Assembly: GCA_028909515.1 (NCBI GenBank)
Contig: GCA_028909515.1_4811.1
DNA: 64,000 nucleotides
Direction: 5' to 3' (one strand)
DNA from: a phage
Shown here piece by piece: positions 55,283-64,000 of the stretch. Both the position numbers and the translations under genes were made by a program. Numbering within the stretch: position 1 is the stretch's first letter; each line of letters starts with the position of its first letter. The notes below the pieces were generated by a model. That model searched no databases and was not told where the DNA came from. It saw only the letters and a list, made by a program, of their open reading frames with translations.

Positions 55283-55314
55283 TACTTCATCGAAACGAAA
55301 CAGAGGAATACAAA

Positions 55315-55578
55315 ATGGTACGCATCCTTGAACGTTACAAAAATGAAGCTACTGGTGCAATCGCTTTCAAACGTCTTTTGGTCAAAGAAATTGACGGGAT
55401 GTTCCGCGTTGTTAAAGAGTTTGATTATGGCAACGGTGCTGGGGTGAATACCGTTATTATGCCTGGCATCAAGGCATATAAAACATTGAAAGGCGCTGAG
55501 AAGGCTTTGGCGGCTTGGAAACCTGAACGTTATCAAATGACCCGTGTTGAAGGGCTAATGCAAGAAGGTAAAATATGA
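55315..55578 (+). CDS. hypothetical protein
   Basis: 87-aa ORF behind promoter TTGACT-N17-CATAAT. Confidence 0.5.
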   Translation: MVRILERYKNEATGAIAFKRLLVKEIDGMFRVVKEFDYGNGAGVNTVIMPGIKAYKTLKGAEKALAAWKPERYQMTRVEGLMQEGKI

Positions 55579-56132
55579 GCAATATTAATTGGGAAGATGA
55601 TTTGCCGCAGGTCGCTCCTGAGAGCATTCAAGAGCGCCTTGCGCGCTTAGTATCTGAACTGGCAGAACGCCAAGAAGCTTTGACAGAGCTTGAAGATGAA
55701 GCTGATATGCAAAAGCAGCGAATCAGTGAAATCAAAACTGTTCTGCTTCCTGGCGTTATGGATGAGCTTGGCGTGTCCGAAATCAAGCTTGAGGACAAGA
55801 CCAAAATCAAGGTCGAGTCCAAGGTGAACGCTTCAATCAAGAAAGAAAACGAATTAAAAGTTTTCGATTGGCTTGTCAACAACGGTTACGGCGGCTTGAT
55901 CAAGTCCAGCGTCACGGCTGAGTTCGGTCGCGAAGAAATCGAACAGGCGCAAGAGATTGTTGCCGCGCTGCGTGAAGATGGTGTTGAAGCCACGTTGAAA
56001 CAAGGCGTTCATTCTGCTACACTGAAGTCGTTTGTAAAAGAACAGCTGGAAGCGGGCAATCCAGTTAGTGAAGATATTAGCGTTTTTGAATACAAAGAAG
56101 CTAAAATAACCTTGCCTAAAAGCAAAAAGTAA
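55575..56132 (+). CDS. coiled-coil protein, possibly Gam/Gp157-like DNA-end-binding (tentative)
   Basis: 185 aa; acidic N-terminal coiled coil then mixed alpha/beta region; immediately precedes SSB-like gene. Confidence 0.3.
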   Translation: MSNINWEDDLPQVAPESIQERLARLVSELAERQEALTELEDEADMQKQRISEIKTVLLPGVMDELGVSEIKLEDKTKIKVESKVNASIKKENELKVFDWLVNNGYGGLIKSSVTAEFGREEIEQAQEIVAALREDGVEATLKQGVHSATLKSFVKEQLEAGNPVSEDISVFEYKEAKITLPKSKK

Positions 56133-56191
56133 TTTAACCTTTATCTTGAAATCAGGTTGCCACGAAACTTGATACTATAGGAAAATATCAA

Positions 56192-57052
56192 ATGTCTAAG
56201 AAAGAAACCACCGAAGTTGCAGTGAAAAACACCCAGATGTCCGCTATGGCTGATTTTGTCGACATGACCGATTTTGGCGCTGGTTTTGAAGGTGCCGATG
56301 CCGATGCGTATGCCATTCCTTTTATCGTCGTACTGCAGAAGATGTCTCCTATGGTCGACGAAGATGATCCGAAACACGTTCCTGGCGCAAAAGCTGGCAT
56401 GCTTTACAACACCGTTACTGGTGAGTTGTATGACGGCAAGAAAGGCGTGCAGATCATCCCTTGCGCATTCAAACGCACCTTCATTCTTTGGGGCGGTCGC
56501 GAGTCCGACGATAAAGGCTTTAAAGGTGAATTCACCAAAGAGCACGTTGATGCAGAAGTCGCGGCAGGCCGCGCTGTTGAGATCAACGGTAAGGTATTCG
56601 TGCCGGACGAAAACGGCAAGGTGCACGAGAAGAAATCTCCTTACTACGCAGATACACGCAACCACTTCGTAATTCTGTTGAACGAAGAAACTGGTGAATT
56701 TGGTAGCGCAATGCTGTCTCTGACTTCTTCCATGATCAAGCCGTCTCGCATGCTGATGACCGCCCTGCAGCAGAAGAAAGTTCAGACTCCGCAGGGTCTG
56801 AAAACGCCGCCGACCTTTATGAACATTGTTCGCATGGGTACTGCATCCCAGTCCAAAGACGGCAATACATGGTCTGTTCTGAAGTTTGAGCTGGAAGGTC
56901 TGGTGCAGGACAAAGGTCTGTACGAAGTCGCCAAGGCATTCCACAACGACGTAGTTGGCGGTAACGTTAACATCGACCGCAGCAAGCAGGAAGAAGCAAG
57001 CGGTGCCGCTGGTCCTGTCAATGAAACTCCGACCGACGCAGAAGAGTTTTAA
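56192..57052 (+). CDS. single-stranded DNA-binding protein-like (gp2.5-type acidic tail)
   Basis: 286 aa; acidic C-terminus ending '...ETPTDAEEF'; host-optimal codons; own terminator. Confidence 0.5.
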   Translation: MSKKETTEVAVKNTQMSAMADFVDMTDFGAGFEGADADAYAIPFIVVLQKMSPMVDEDDPKHVPGAKAGMLYNTVTGELYDGKKGVQIIPCAFKRTFILWGGRESDDKGFKGEFTKEHVDAEVAAGRAVEINGKVFVPDENGKVHEKKSPYYADTRNHFVILLNEETGEFGSAMLSLTSSMIKPSRMLMTALQQKKVQTPQGLKTPPTFMNIVRMGTASQSKDGNTWSVLKFELEGLVQDKGLYEVAKAFHNDVVGGNVNIDRSKQEEASGAAGPVNETPTDAEEF

Positions 57053-57070
57053 TCGACAATCAAATCAACA

Positions 57071-57098
57071 AGGCTGCCGTTTGGCGGCCTTTTATTTA
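57071..57098 (+). terminator. rho-independent terminator after SSB-like gene
   Basis: AGGCTGCC-gttt-GGCGGCCT followed by TTTATTTAT. Confidence 0.55.
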
Positions 57099-57109
57099 TC
57101 TGGTGCATC

Positions 57110-57625
57110 ATGATAGAAAGAATTGTACCGCTCCTGAAGATTCTGGCCCTTGTTGGCGCGTTTGCCGCTGGATCATACGTTGAAGACCTGCAGCAAACCA
57201 ACGCATCACTGGCCAAGGATAATCAATATCTGACATCGCTTAATGAGCGTAAGGACAAGATAAATGCACTCGAAGAGCAAATTGCAACTTTACAGGTTGA
57301 ATCGGCATCGGCATATGAGAAGGGTCGCCAGGAAGCGCAACTGGTTGCTGATGACACTATTGCTCGTTACAAGTCTGGGAATGTCAAGTTGCGCGAGCAA
57401 CTCAGCTGCTCCCGTGAGTTACTCAGGAGTGTGCCCGACTCTGCGACCACTGGACGCCTCTCTATCCCAGAAGGAAACTGTGGACTATCAGAAGAGGATG
57501 TCAGATTTCTTGTTCAGTTCGCCGCAGAAACAAATCGATTAAAAGAGAAAGTTAATAGCTTGATTGATACTTATAATCAGGCTAAAATAAAAATCGATCA
57601 ATTCAATGCATCAAAGGAAAAATAA
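57110..57625 (+). CDS. i-spanin-like (Rz-type) protein
   Basis: N-terminal TM 'IVPLLKILALVGAFAAGSYV' then long coiled-coil region; contains an embedded +1-frame lipoprotein-like ORF. Confidence 0.45.
   Translation: MIERIVPLLKILALVGAFAAGSYVEDLQQTNASLAKDNQYLTSLNERKDKINALEEQIATLQVESASAYEKGRQEAQLVADDTIARYKSGNVKLREQLSCSRELLRSVPDSATTGRLSIPEGNCGLSEEDVRFLVQFAAETNRLKEKVNSLIDTYNQAKIKIDQFNASKEK
57315..57542 (+). CDS. embedded o-spanin-like lipoprotein (Rz1-type, tentative)
   Basis: +1 frame inside 57110..57625: basic n-region 'MRRVARKR', hydrophobic core, lipobox-like 'LGMSSC', Pro-rich mature part with a second Cys. Confidence 0.35.
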   Translation: MRRVARKRNWLLMTLLLVTSLGMSSCASNSAAPVSYSGVCPTLRPLDASLSQKETVDYQKRMSDFLFSSPQKQID

Positions 57626-58249
57626 ATGAAACAGATTTATGCAAACATTCGCCAGTGGGCTTCTGACCGTAACATCATCCAAGGTTGCGACCTTAAGGAC
57701 CAATACCCGAAGCTTATCAGCGAGTTTGGGGAGTTAACCGACCACGTTGATCAACTCCATGACCTTGTGTTCTTCGACCCTGAAATTGGATATACAGAGC
57801 AGGCCATCTGTGACTTGCAAGCTGCAATCAAGGACGACATTGGCGATTGTCTTGTTGTGTTGACCATCCTGGCGGCGCAAAACGGTACTGAAATCGAAAA
57901 CATTAATGGCGGCGGTTGTGCTGATAAAGGCGCTCACCCTCATTCATTCATCCTTCGCCTGGCAAAGACCCTTGGACGGCTTGGTGATGCTATTGCTAAG
58001 AATCAGACCATGGATATTGACGTCACCATCATGGCCGCAGTCGATTACCTTTCCGGCGTAGCTCATGATTATGGCCTTCGCTTATCCGACTGTGCGCAAG
58101 CGGCCTACGAAGACATCAAGGACCGCAAAGGTGTCATGTACAACGGAACGTTCATCAAATCTACTGATCCAGCTTATGAGCACTCCTGCAAAATGGTAAA
58201 GAAGCTGGAACTTGAAGACCGTGTGATCAGAGAAGTTACAGGACAATAA
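57626..58249 (+). CDS. MazG-like nucleoside triphosphate pyrophosphohydrolase
   Basis: 'LISEFGELTDHV' and 'DDIGDCLVVLTILA' fit the MazG E-x-x-E / D-x-x-G-D metal-binding pattern. Confidence 0.55.
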   Translation: MKQIYANIRQWASDRNIIQGCDLKDQYPKLISEFGELTDHVDQLHDLVFFDPEIGYTEQAICDLQAAIKDDIGDCLVVLTILAAQNGTEIENINGGGCADKGAHPHSFILRLAKTLGRLGDAIAKNQTMDIDVTIMAAVDYLSGVAHDYGLRLSDCAQAAYEDIKDRKGVMYNGTFIKSTDPAYEHSCKMVKKLELEDRVIREVTGQ

Positions 58250-58251
58250 TT

Positions 58252-59214
58252 ATGACAGCATTAAAACCAATGAAGGGTTGCCAACGTAAGCAGATTATCG
58301 AGCGCGGCGAGGACGTGCCGCTGCCTTGCGGACTGTCATTCAAGGTCGATGGCATACGTGCAATGGCGTATGACAACTTGCCAATGGGCACTTCCGGCAT
58401 GCCGTTGCGCAACGTTCAAATCAAAAAAGAGTTCCTCTTTTTGGGTGAACTAATTCACGGACTTGATGGAGAGCTAATCGACGGAAATCCAAATGATAAG
58501 AACGTCATGCAACAGGCCTATACTGCATGCATGAATACTGATGCAATCACTAACTTTACATGGTGGGTGTTTGATGACTTCAGCGACCCTGATCTGCCTT
58601 TTGAAAAGCGTTATGCAAACTATCGAGCTAGAGTTGCTGAAGTTAATCAGCATCTCATCAACCATGGTCGACGCCCATTCCTTCGCGCTCTCGAATATCG
58701 AAACATCGAAAATATGGAACAGTACGCGGCGATGCAAATCGAAGCAGACCAGCTTGGATATGAAGGCTTGTATGGCAAGTCTTGGACGGGCAAATATAAG
58801 CATGGCCGCGCGACGCCGAAGTCACGTGATGTGTGGAAGGACAAGCCGTGGACCGATGAAGAAGGGTTGATCATAGACTTCGTTGAGATGATGGAGAACA
58901 ACAACGAAGCATTCATTGACGAATTGGGTCGCACCAAGCGTTCAAAAGAGGCTGAAGGTTTAGTTGCGAAAGGATACCTTGGCTCATTCGTAGTCGTCAA
59001 TCCAAAATATGTGGATGAGAAAGGTGAAATGATTCCTTTCCGCGTCTCCGCTGGTTCAATGCCTATGGCAGAGCGTAAAATGCTTTGGGAGAATCGCGAG
59101 AACTATCGCGATAAATACCTAACGTATAAATTCTTTAACTTTGGCATCGTCGACGTGCCGCGCTCTGCTTTGTATAAATGCTTCCGTGATATTACCGATA
59201 TGGAGTATTTTTAA
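58252..59214 (+). CDS. ATP-dependent DNA ligase
   Basis: Nucleotidyltransferase motif I 'FKVDGIRAM' (K-x-D-G-x-R); size comparable to small phage ligases. Confidence 0.7.
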   Translation: MTALKPMKGCQRKQIIERGEDVPLPCGLSFKVDGIRAMAYDNLPMGTSGMPLRNVQIKKEFLFLGELIHGLDGELIDGNPNDKNVMQQAYTACMNTDAITNFTWWVFDDFSDPDLPFEKRYANYRARVAEVNQHLINHGRRPFLRALEYRNIENMEQYAAMQIEADQLGYEGLYGKSWTGKYKHGRATPKSRDVWKDKPWTDEEGLIIDFVEMMENNNEAFIDELGRTKRSKEAEGLVAKGYLGSFVVVNPKYVDEKGEMIPFRVSAGSMPMAERKMLWENRENYRDKYLTYKFFNFGIVDVPRSALYKCFRDITDMEYF

Positions 59215-59288
59215 GACACTAGATAAATAATTGATGCGGATAATCTATCGCGTCGTTTTATAGAATTTAATATACAGTGTATACATAA

Positions 59289-59315
59289 AGCCGGAAATCT
59301 CCGGCTTTTCTTTTA
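59289..59315 (+). terminator. rho-independent terminator after ligase gene
   Basis: AGCCGGA-aatc-TCCGGCT followed by TTTCTTTTATTT. Confidence 0.6.
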
Positions 59316-59390
59316 TTTACCTTTCGCCTTATTTACTTTCAAAACCTTCGGCCTATACTATTAATATTCGTAATCAAAAGGTGGATTATA

Positions 59391-59933
59391 ATGAAATCGA
59401 AAAATTTAAAGATTGTTTTGATCATCATCATGGCTATGCTGACAGTTTTGTTCTTCACCAAAAGTGCTTCGGCTGAAAGTATGTTTACGCCGCCAAACAG
59501 TAATGCAAAAGTGTTAACTCGATATTTTAACAACGGCCAATCGTTCGAATTTTGCTGGAACAAATACGATGTGATAAAGGAAAGGTTTGACAAGGAAAAG
59601 ATGTGCGTAATGAATGATCGCGGTCGCCAAGTCGTGTCGTTTGTGTTCGGAATGTCAATTGCAAAAGTTGATGCCCCTGAAATCGTTGTCAGGTATAATA
59701 CATTGGACAGCGGCCTTGTCGACAAGACATACCCTGTTGCAGTAGACAGCAGGACAGGCGGCGCACTCATACTTACTCCAGAAGATAAATCGGATGTCGT
59801 TAACATGCTCATCAACAGCAAAGACGTAATCGTGTTTTATCATGTTGAAGGCGTATCAGACTACCAAATGGCCTACTATCCACTGCCCTTAAGAGATGCT
59901 TCAGGTAATGTTAAGACACAGGATGTGCGTTGA
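59391..59933 (+). CDS. secreted/periplasmic protein
   Basis: Signal peptide 'MKSKNLKIVLIIIMAMLTVLFFTKSASA'; promoter TTTACT-N16-TATACT upstream. Confidence 0.5.
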   Translation: MKSKNLKIVLIIIMAMLTVLFFTKSASAESMFTPPNSNAKVLTRYFNNGQSFEFCWNKYDVIKERFDKEKMCVMNDRGRQVVSFVFGMSIAKVDAPEIVVRYNTLDSGLVDKTYPVAVDSRTGGALILTPEDKSDVVNMLINSKDVIVFYHVEGVSDYQMAYYPLPLRDASGNVKTQDVR

Positions 59934-60160
59934 CATGGGTGGTAGTTATGCAGAAAGATTTGGAAGAAAACAAAAGGCTGAAAAAGGCTTTGACGTCTCA
60001 AATCTTGTCCCTGTTGGTAAAGCTTATTGGGGAGTCAATCAGCAACAAGGTGGCACGGGCCGCGATTGTTGGCGTGATTGGCATGGCGGGGTATTACTTC
60101 GACTTGCCAGACATTGATACAAGTTCCGCGCCGCCCGTCCAGGTTGAAGCCGTAAAATAA
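59930..60160 (+). CDS. small membrane protein (holin-like candidate)
   Basis: 76 aa with one hydrophobic segment 'AAIVGVIGMAGYYF'; convergent with endolysin across a bidirectional terminator. Confidence 0.4.
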   Translation: MTWVVVMQKDLEENKRLKKALTSQILSLLVKLIGESISNKVARAAIVGVIGMAGYYFDLPDIDTSSAPPVQVEAVK

Positions 60161-60162
60161 AC

Positions 60163-60185
60163 AAAGGCCCATATGGGCCTTTTTC
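60163..60185. terminator. bidirectional rho-independent terminator between convergent genes
   Basis: Perfect palindrome GGCCCATATGGGCC flanked by an A-run upstream and T-run downstream. Confidence 0.65.
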
Positions 60186-60830
60186 TTACATAACTGCTAG
60201 TGCATCCTTGTAACGCTTCCTTCGCAAATCCCCATGGTTAGCCGTATTCGGCGCGGCCCCGTTAATCCGCTTAACGGTTGAATCAAAATTTCCTGCATCA
60301 GCAAGAGGAATACAGCCGCTATTCTTAAAGAACCATGCCGCGCTGTCAGCGATGTATTTTGGTTCAGTCAGAATATCAGGATTGTTCAATGCGTCATAGC
60401 CTGATTGACGTGTATATTCCGCATAGTTCGCTTTGCCAGTCAGCTGAATGGCACCACGGCCACGGTACTTCCAACCGTCGCCCGATGCTACCGAACCGTT
60501 GCCCATGCGGTTTGCATATGTATTATTGGCGATTTCCATTGGTTTACGGGCAATCGACAATGCCAAGGAGTTGGGTGCACCGCCGAAACGACCGCTGGCG
60601 CTGTAACGGCTAGGCCATGTATTAGCAAGACCTTGAGCGGAATAATTCAAGTTTTCCACAAATGTCTTCAGGCTGCCTGTTTCCACTCCTACGTTTGCAA
60701 GCAACGCCGCGATGGCATTCTTGCTTTTGATTCCGTAGTGCTCACAAGCCTGCTTGAAAGGGTCCACCCATTTCTCTGCAACATCCATGCTGCATCCGGT
60801 CCCTTTAGATATTACGTTTGCATTAATCAT
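60186..60830 (-). CDS. endolysin, glycoside hydrolase family 19-like
   Basis: 'ANVGVETGSLKTFVENLNYS' and 'GDGWKYRGRGAIQLTGKANY' match GH19 catalytic-region patterns. Confidence 0.7.
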   Translation of the reverse strand: MINANVISKGTGCSMDVAEKWVDPFKQACEHYGIKSKNAIAALLANVGVETGSLKTFVENLNYSAQGLANTWPSRYSASGRFGGAPNSLALSIARKPMEIANNTYANRMGNGSVASGDGWKYRGRGAIQLTGKANYAEYTRQSGYDALNNPDILTEPKYIADSAAWFFKNSGCIPLADAGNFDSTVKRINGAAPNTANHGDLRRKRYKDALAVM

Positions 60831-60838
60831 AAATCACC

Positions 60839-62626
60839 TTATGCGCTTCTGTACCAGCCGTTCAAGACGACATATCGCGGCAGAGTTGAAACAGCCGTTG
60901 GGACGGACTGTCCTGCATCGCCAGTATTTCCGACCACATCGTGAGTGTGAGCGGGAAGGGTATAGCTATGGCTGTGATTGCCAGCGTAATTTATATTCAA
61001 CCCATGGGTGTGTGACCCAGAAGATTGGATATTGTGGACGTGGTTGCCGTTAGTCGAGGTGTTGTATTTGTAGTTATCCCAGTCGCCGCCCTTTCGACTG
61101 CCGAAGTTGTTGTGCGTATTGTCATACACGCCATACCGCGCATCATTCGTATTCGATTCACCCCAGCTACTGTCATGGTGGTGGTTGCCTGCTGAATCCA
61201 TTCCGTGCACGTGAGCACCGTTTTGACTGGTATCGCCTGTGTGGTTATGGTTGCCTGCGCCTCCAGTGGTGTTGGACCACGGACCACTCTGTCGCGTAGT
61301 TATGTTCACGCTGTGATTGTGGAGAGGAAGCATGGCGGCGGTAAGGGTGACAGAGTCCGCGCCGCCAGTGGCAAGACCGTTTCGTGCCGTGCCGGATGTT
61401 CTGATGACCATGTTATCAGGCAATCTGGTCCACACCTGTCCATAAGCGCCAAGCTTGGTGTTTGGGTTGGTGCCATTGGTCAGGAATCGAGTCTCGCCGA
61501 CTTCGAATACATCACCCATGGTAATCAACTTTTCAGCAAGCGCATCAAGCTGTCTTTTGGTGACAAACTGCTGCGGCTCAGTAGCATCCACGCCGATTTG
61601 CGCCGCGCCGAATGCTTGAAGAAGACGCCAAACGTTGCCGTCATAAATAATAGTAAAAGGAAGAAGCCCGACGATGGACCCTGCTGGCAGCTCGCCGCCG
61701 TCGAATCCAAGGACTGCAACTTTGTTTGCACCAATGGTCACGGTAACAGGTCCGGTAGTTGTGACATCATTGACAATTGTCAGGCGACTACCTGCTGACG
61801 GCGGCCATGCATAACCTGCCGGAACGGTAAGGATTATATCTTGTGCACCTTTACCTGATGCAAGATTCGGCGTGCCGATTTGCACGTCTTGAACAGTTGC
61901 ATTTTGAATCCAGGCACTCCAAGCACCAGAAGTGTAAGAGCGGGTGAAAACATATCGGTTCATTGACGTGTATTGTTGCAGGGCGAAAGTCTGCGCATCA
62001 ACCTGCCAAGCGCAAACCTGGAGACGACCTGCAACCTTCGTCGCACCAACCGCGTTCGGGATGTTAGAGCAGAGAGCGGCAACGGTGTCAGATTGAATGA
62101 CAATAGTTGTGGAAGTCGTGATATTATCAAAGTCCACAAAGTTTGAAATCAGTCCGCGAACAAAATACGGGTTTTGCGCATCGCCGCCAGCAGGCATAGG
62201 AATATATTTTCTCGCTTCGCTAGGCAGCGTCAATTCCTGCCAAGATTCCGTTTCGCCGTTAGCTGGGACTGCGCTGGTGTTGCCGTCAACCACGCTCTGG
62301 AAAATGCGCCATTCAGGCGCTGAAGGGGTGCCAGAGTTGCTGACAACGATGGCATTTTTCGGGTATCCATCTGGCTTCAAGTCAGACGAGAAATACTGTT
62401 GAGCGCCGTGGTCCTGGATGAACATAAGGTTGTCGGTGATCAGATTCAGCAACCAGTTCATCGACTCACGTTCAACGGCTTTCGCGGCGACGTTTCCGGC
62501 TTCCAGGGCAAGTGCGTAGTCAGGGGTGTAGCCGCGCTGGAAGTTTACATAACCGCTTGGACTTGCATCCGGCACCACGGATACATCACCGCTTTGCGCG
62601 AAAGGTCTATTAATAAGTGTTGGCAT
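60839..62626 (-). CDS. distal tail fibre / receptor-binding protein with His-rich tip
   Basis: Start set at 'MPTLINRPF' behind RBS AGAGGAA; C-terminal HxH-rich segment 'GNHNHTGD...HVHGMDSAGNHHHDS...NGNHVHNIQSSGSHTHG...HSHSYTLPAHTHD'. Confidence 0.7.
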   Translation of the reverse strand: MPTLINRPFAQSGDVSVVPDASPSGYVNFQRGYTPDYALALEAGNVAAKAVERESMNWLLNLITDNLMFIQDHGAQQYFSSDLKPDGYPKNAIVVSNSGTPSAPEWRIFQSVVDGNTSAVPANGETESWQELTLPSEARKYIPMPAGGDAQNPYFVRGLISNFVDFDNITTSTTIVIQSDTVAALCSNIPNAVGATKVAGRLQVCAWQVDAQTFALQQYTSMNRYVFTRSYTSGAWSAWIQNATVQDVQIGTPNLASGKGAQDIILTVPAGYAWPPSAGSRLTIVNDVTTTGPVTVTIGANKVAVLGFDGGELPAGSIVGLLPFTIIYDGNVWRLLQAFGAAQIGVDATEPQQFVTKRQLDALAEKLITMGDVFEVGETRFLTNGTNPNTKLGAYGQVWTRLPDNMVIRTSGTARNGLATGGADSVTLTAAMLPLHNHSVNITTRQSGPWSNTTGGAGNHNHTGDTSQNGAHVHGMDSAGNHHHDSSWGESNTNDARYGVYDNTHNNFGSRKGGDWDNYKYNTSTNGNHVHNIQSSGSHTHGLNINYAGNHSHSYTLPAHTHDVVGNTGDAGQSVPTAVSTLPRYVVLNGWYRSA

Positions 62627-62636
62627 TGCCGTTCCT

Positions 62637-64000
62637 CTACACGATGTATTTAATTTTTGATAAAAGGGTCGATGCCCAATCACCAGTTAAGTCAGTTATG
62701 TTCATGCTTGAAACATAACCACCAGCAGCACTTCTCGGAAAGTTTACTGTTGCTACAACATCACCATTAGAGGCAATCAATTGAACTCCAGTGGCAAGTG
62801 ATCCTGGGTTTTTGATGTATATAGAAGTTGCAGTTTTCTTTGCGAAATCTTCGCTTGTTGAAATTGCAAGCGCATTCATCGTATCGCCAGACACAAGCAT
62901 CAAGCTCAAAATATCAAGTTCAAGAGTTGTGCCAACTTCGGTCGGCAAGTCTTTCCCTGATATCAAGCCGATGCTGATGCCACCTGTTGATCCATCCCAG
63001 TTAGCTCCTGCCACAATCTCAGCGGCAAGGTCAATCTCAATGCGCTGTAAATCACCAACACCGATGTTATAGAATTTAGGGATATAGCCGCCCATTCCAT
63101 CCGGTACAGTTACAAAAAGCTTTTGCCCGTTAACCGTGTTGTTTTTGACTATCGCAATGAATGATAAAGGACCAGTAAGCGTTCCAGTATATTTTGTTGC
63201 GAGAACGGCGCGTGCATAACCGGACGTTGGCACAGTCCCTATTGTAGCGGAAAGCTTGAATGATGGGAACTGGTTGGGCGCTCCGCTTATTGGCGTTGCC
63301 GTCACTGTGTTTGCACCATCCTTGACGATATTACCAAATGAAGTTCCATCATTCGGCTGAGTATAGCGCCAATAGTTTGTTATGGCTGCACGCGGAATTT
63401 CACGACCAAAGTCATCGCGAGAAGCTTTTGAGATTGAATAGTCGTTGACAAGAGCGCCATCGACGACTTGGTTCACACCTTTCAAAGATTCAAGCTGGCG
63501 TATGACACCGTTGAAGTTGTTAAGCGGCCATTCGTTAATGCCGCCAACTCTGATGATGCCATCAGTGTTAATCCACGCAACGCCTTCCGTTTCAAATCCT
63601 ACTCGCGTATCCGTTATGTCGCTGACAGTCAAATCAATATCAGATAAGTCTGCGACTTCTTGGTAAAGCTGCCAACGTATTCCGGCATTTGCTGGCAAGA
63701 ATCCTTCATTCCTGTCGCCAACCAGCGTCTTAAAGTTGTCAGACAGTTTGTTGGCAAAATAAGGTCCGATGACGTATTCCATGTAATAGTCGTCGGTCGG
63801 CGGCGGCGGTACTCCATCCAGCCTGCTAACGTTCCATGAGCGTCTGATTCCATCAGTCTCTGCAATCAGCGTGGCGTTCCCTGGATACGGGTAGCCGCCG
63901 ATTGAGCCAGAGTATGCAAGTGATGAGCCAGGTTGCATGAATGACTCGCCAACTACACCGTTTCTTGTCGTCAGCGGCCCGTTTGCACAGGAGATGTTAT
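62637..64000 (-). CDS. tail fibre protein, partial (5' end beyond window end)
   Basis: Frame stays open upstream of the ORF-track Met at 63938 to the window edge; Gly/Thr/Ser/Asn-rich fibre-like composition. Confidence 0.6.
   Translation of the reverse strand, partial: NISCANGPLTTRNGVVGESFMQPGSSLAYSGSIGGYPYPGNATLIAETDGIRRSWNVSRLDGVPPPPTDDYYMEYVIGPYFANKLSDNFKTLVGDRNEGFLPANAGIRWQLYQEVADLSDIDLTVSDITDTRVGFETEGVAWINTDGIIRVGGINEWPLNNFNGVIRQLESLKGVNQVVDGALVNDYSISKASRDDFGREIPRAAITNYWRYTQPNDGTSFGNIVKDGANTVTATPISGAPNQFPSFKLSATIGTVPTSGYARAVLATKYTGTLTGPLSFIAIVKNNTVNGQKLFVTVPDGMGGYIPKFYNIGVGDLQRIEIDLAAEIVAGANWDGSTGGISIGLISGKDLPTEVGTTLELDILSLMLVSGDTMNALAISTSEDFAKKTATSIYIKNPGSLATGVQLIASNGDVVATVNFPRSAAGGYVSSMNITDLTGDWASTLLSKIKYIV

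Noticed and set aside
1-64000. Integrase, recombination site, reverse transcriptase (retron or diversity-generating element) or toxin-antitoxin pair
   Set aside because: No ORF shows tyrosine/serine recombinase or reverse-transcriptase (YxDD) motifs; the window looks like a lytic-type phage genome segment.

Overview
This 64-kb window reads as part of a tailed dsDNA phage with a contractile-tail (myovirus-type) structural module, about 45% GC. Highly expressed genes use E. coli-like optimal codons, suggesting an enterobacterial host (inference). Layout: (1) 1-20068, minus strand, late structural genes from terminase large subunit through portal, head-morphogenesis, scaffold, major capsid, sheath, tube to an SLT-containing tape measure; (2) 20246-25358, plus strand, small membrane proteins and a tail fibre with a C-terminal self-cleaving chaperone domain; (3) 25359-28400, a compositionally distinct island (CpG-rich, CTG-poor, several CTAG) with a 700-bp repeat-dense non-coding stretch, three paralogous acidic ~95-aa proteins each behind its own sigma70-like promoter, and an ATAGTGCAAAT repeat array; (4) 28415-42424, minus strand, about 35 small early genes plus an SF3/D5-like helicase and a primase-like protein; (5) 42585-60160, plus strand, replication and nucleotide metabolism (Dda-like helicase, ThyX-fold protein inside a cluster of oxidoreductases and a HAD phosphatase, DnaQ-like exonuclease, DnaE-type polymerase, nuclease, SNF2 helicase, SSB-like, MazG-like, DNA ligase, spanin-like pair); (6) 60186-64000, minus strand, GH19 endolysin and two tail-fibre genes, the last running off the window. 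I found no integrase, tRNA, CRISPR array or reverse transcriptase. The most interesting candidates are the enzyme cluster around the divergent ThyX-like gene (possible nucleotide/DNA modification), the acidic-paralog island (possible anti-defence DNA mimics), two paralogous iteron-flanked AT-rich elements about 16 kb apart, and a pyrophosphatase-like C-terminal extension on the portal protein. All functional calls rest on motifs read from the translations and recalled family signatures; no database search was run. Coordinates derived by hand-counting (terminators, promoters, repeats, small ORFs) may be off by 1-2 nt.
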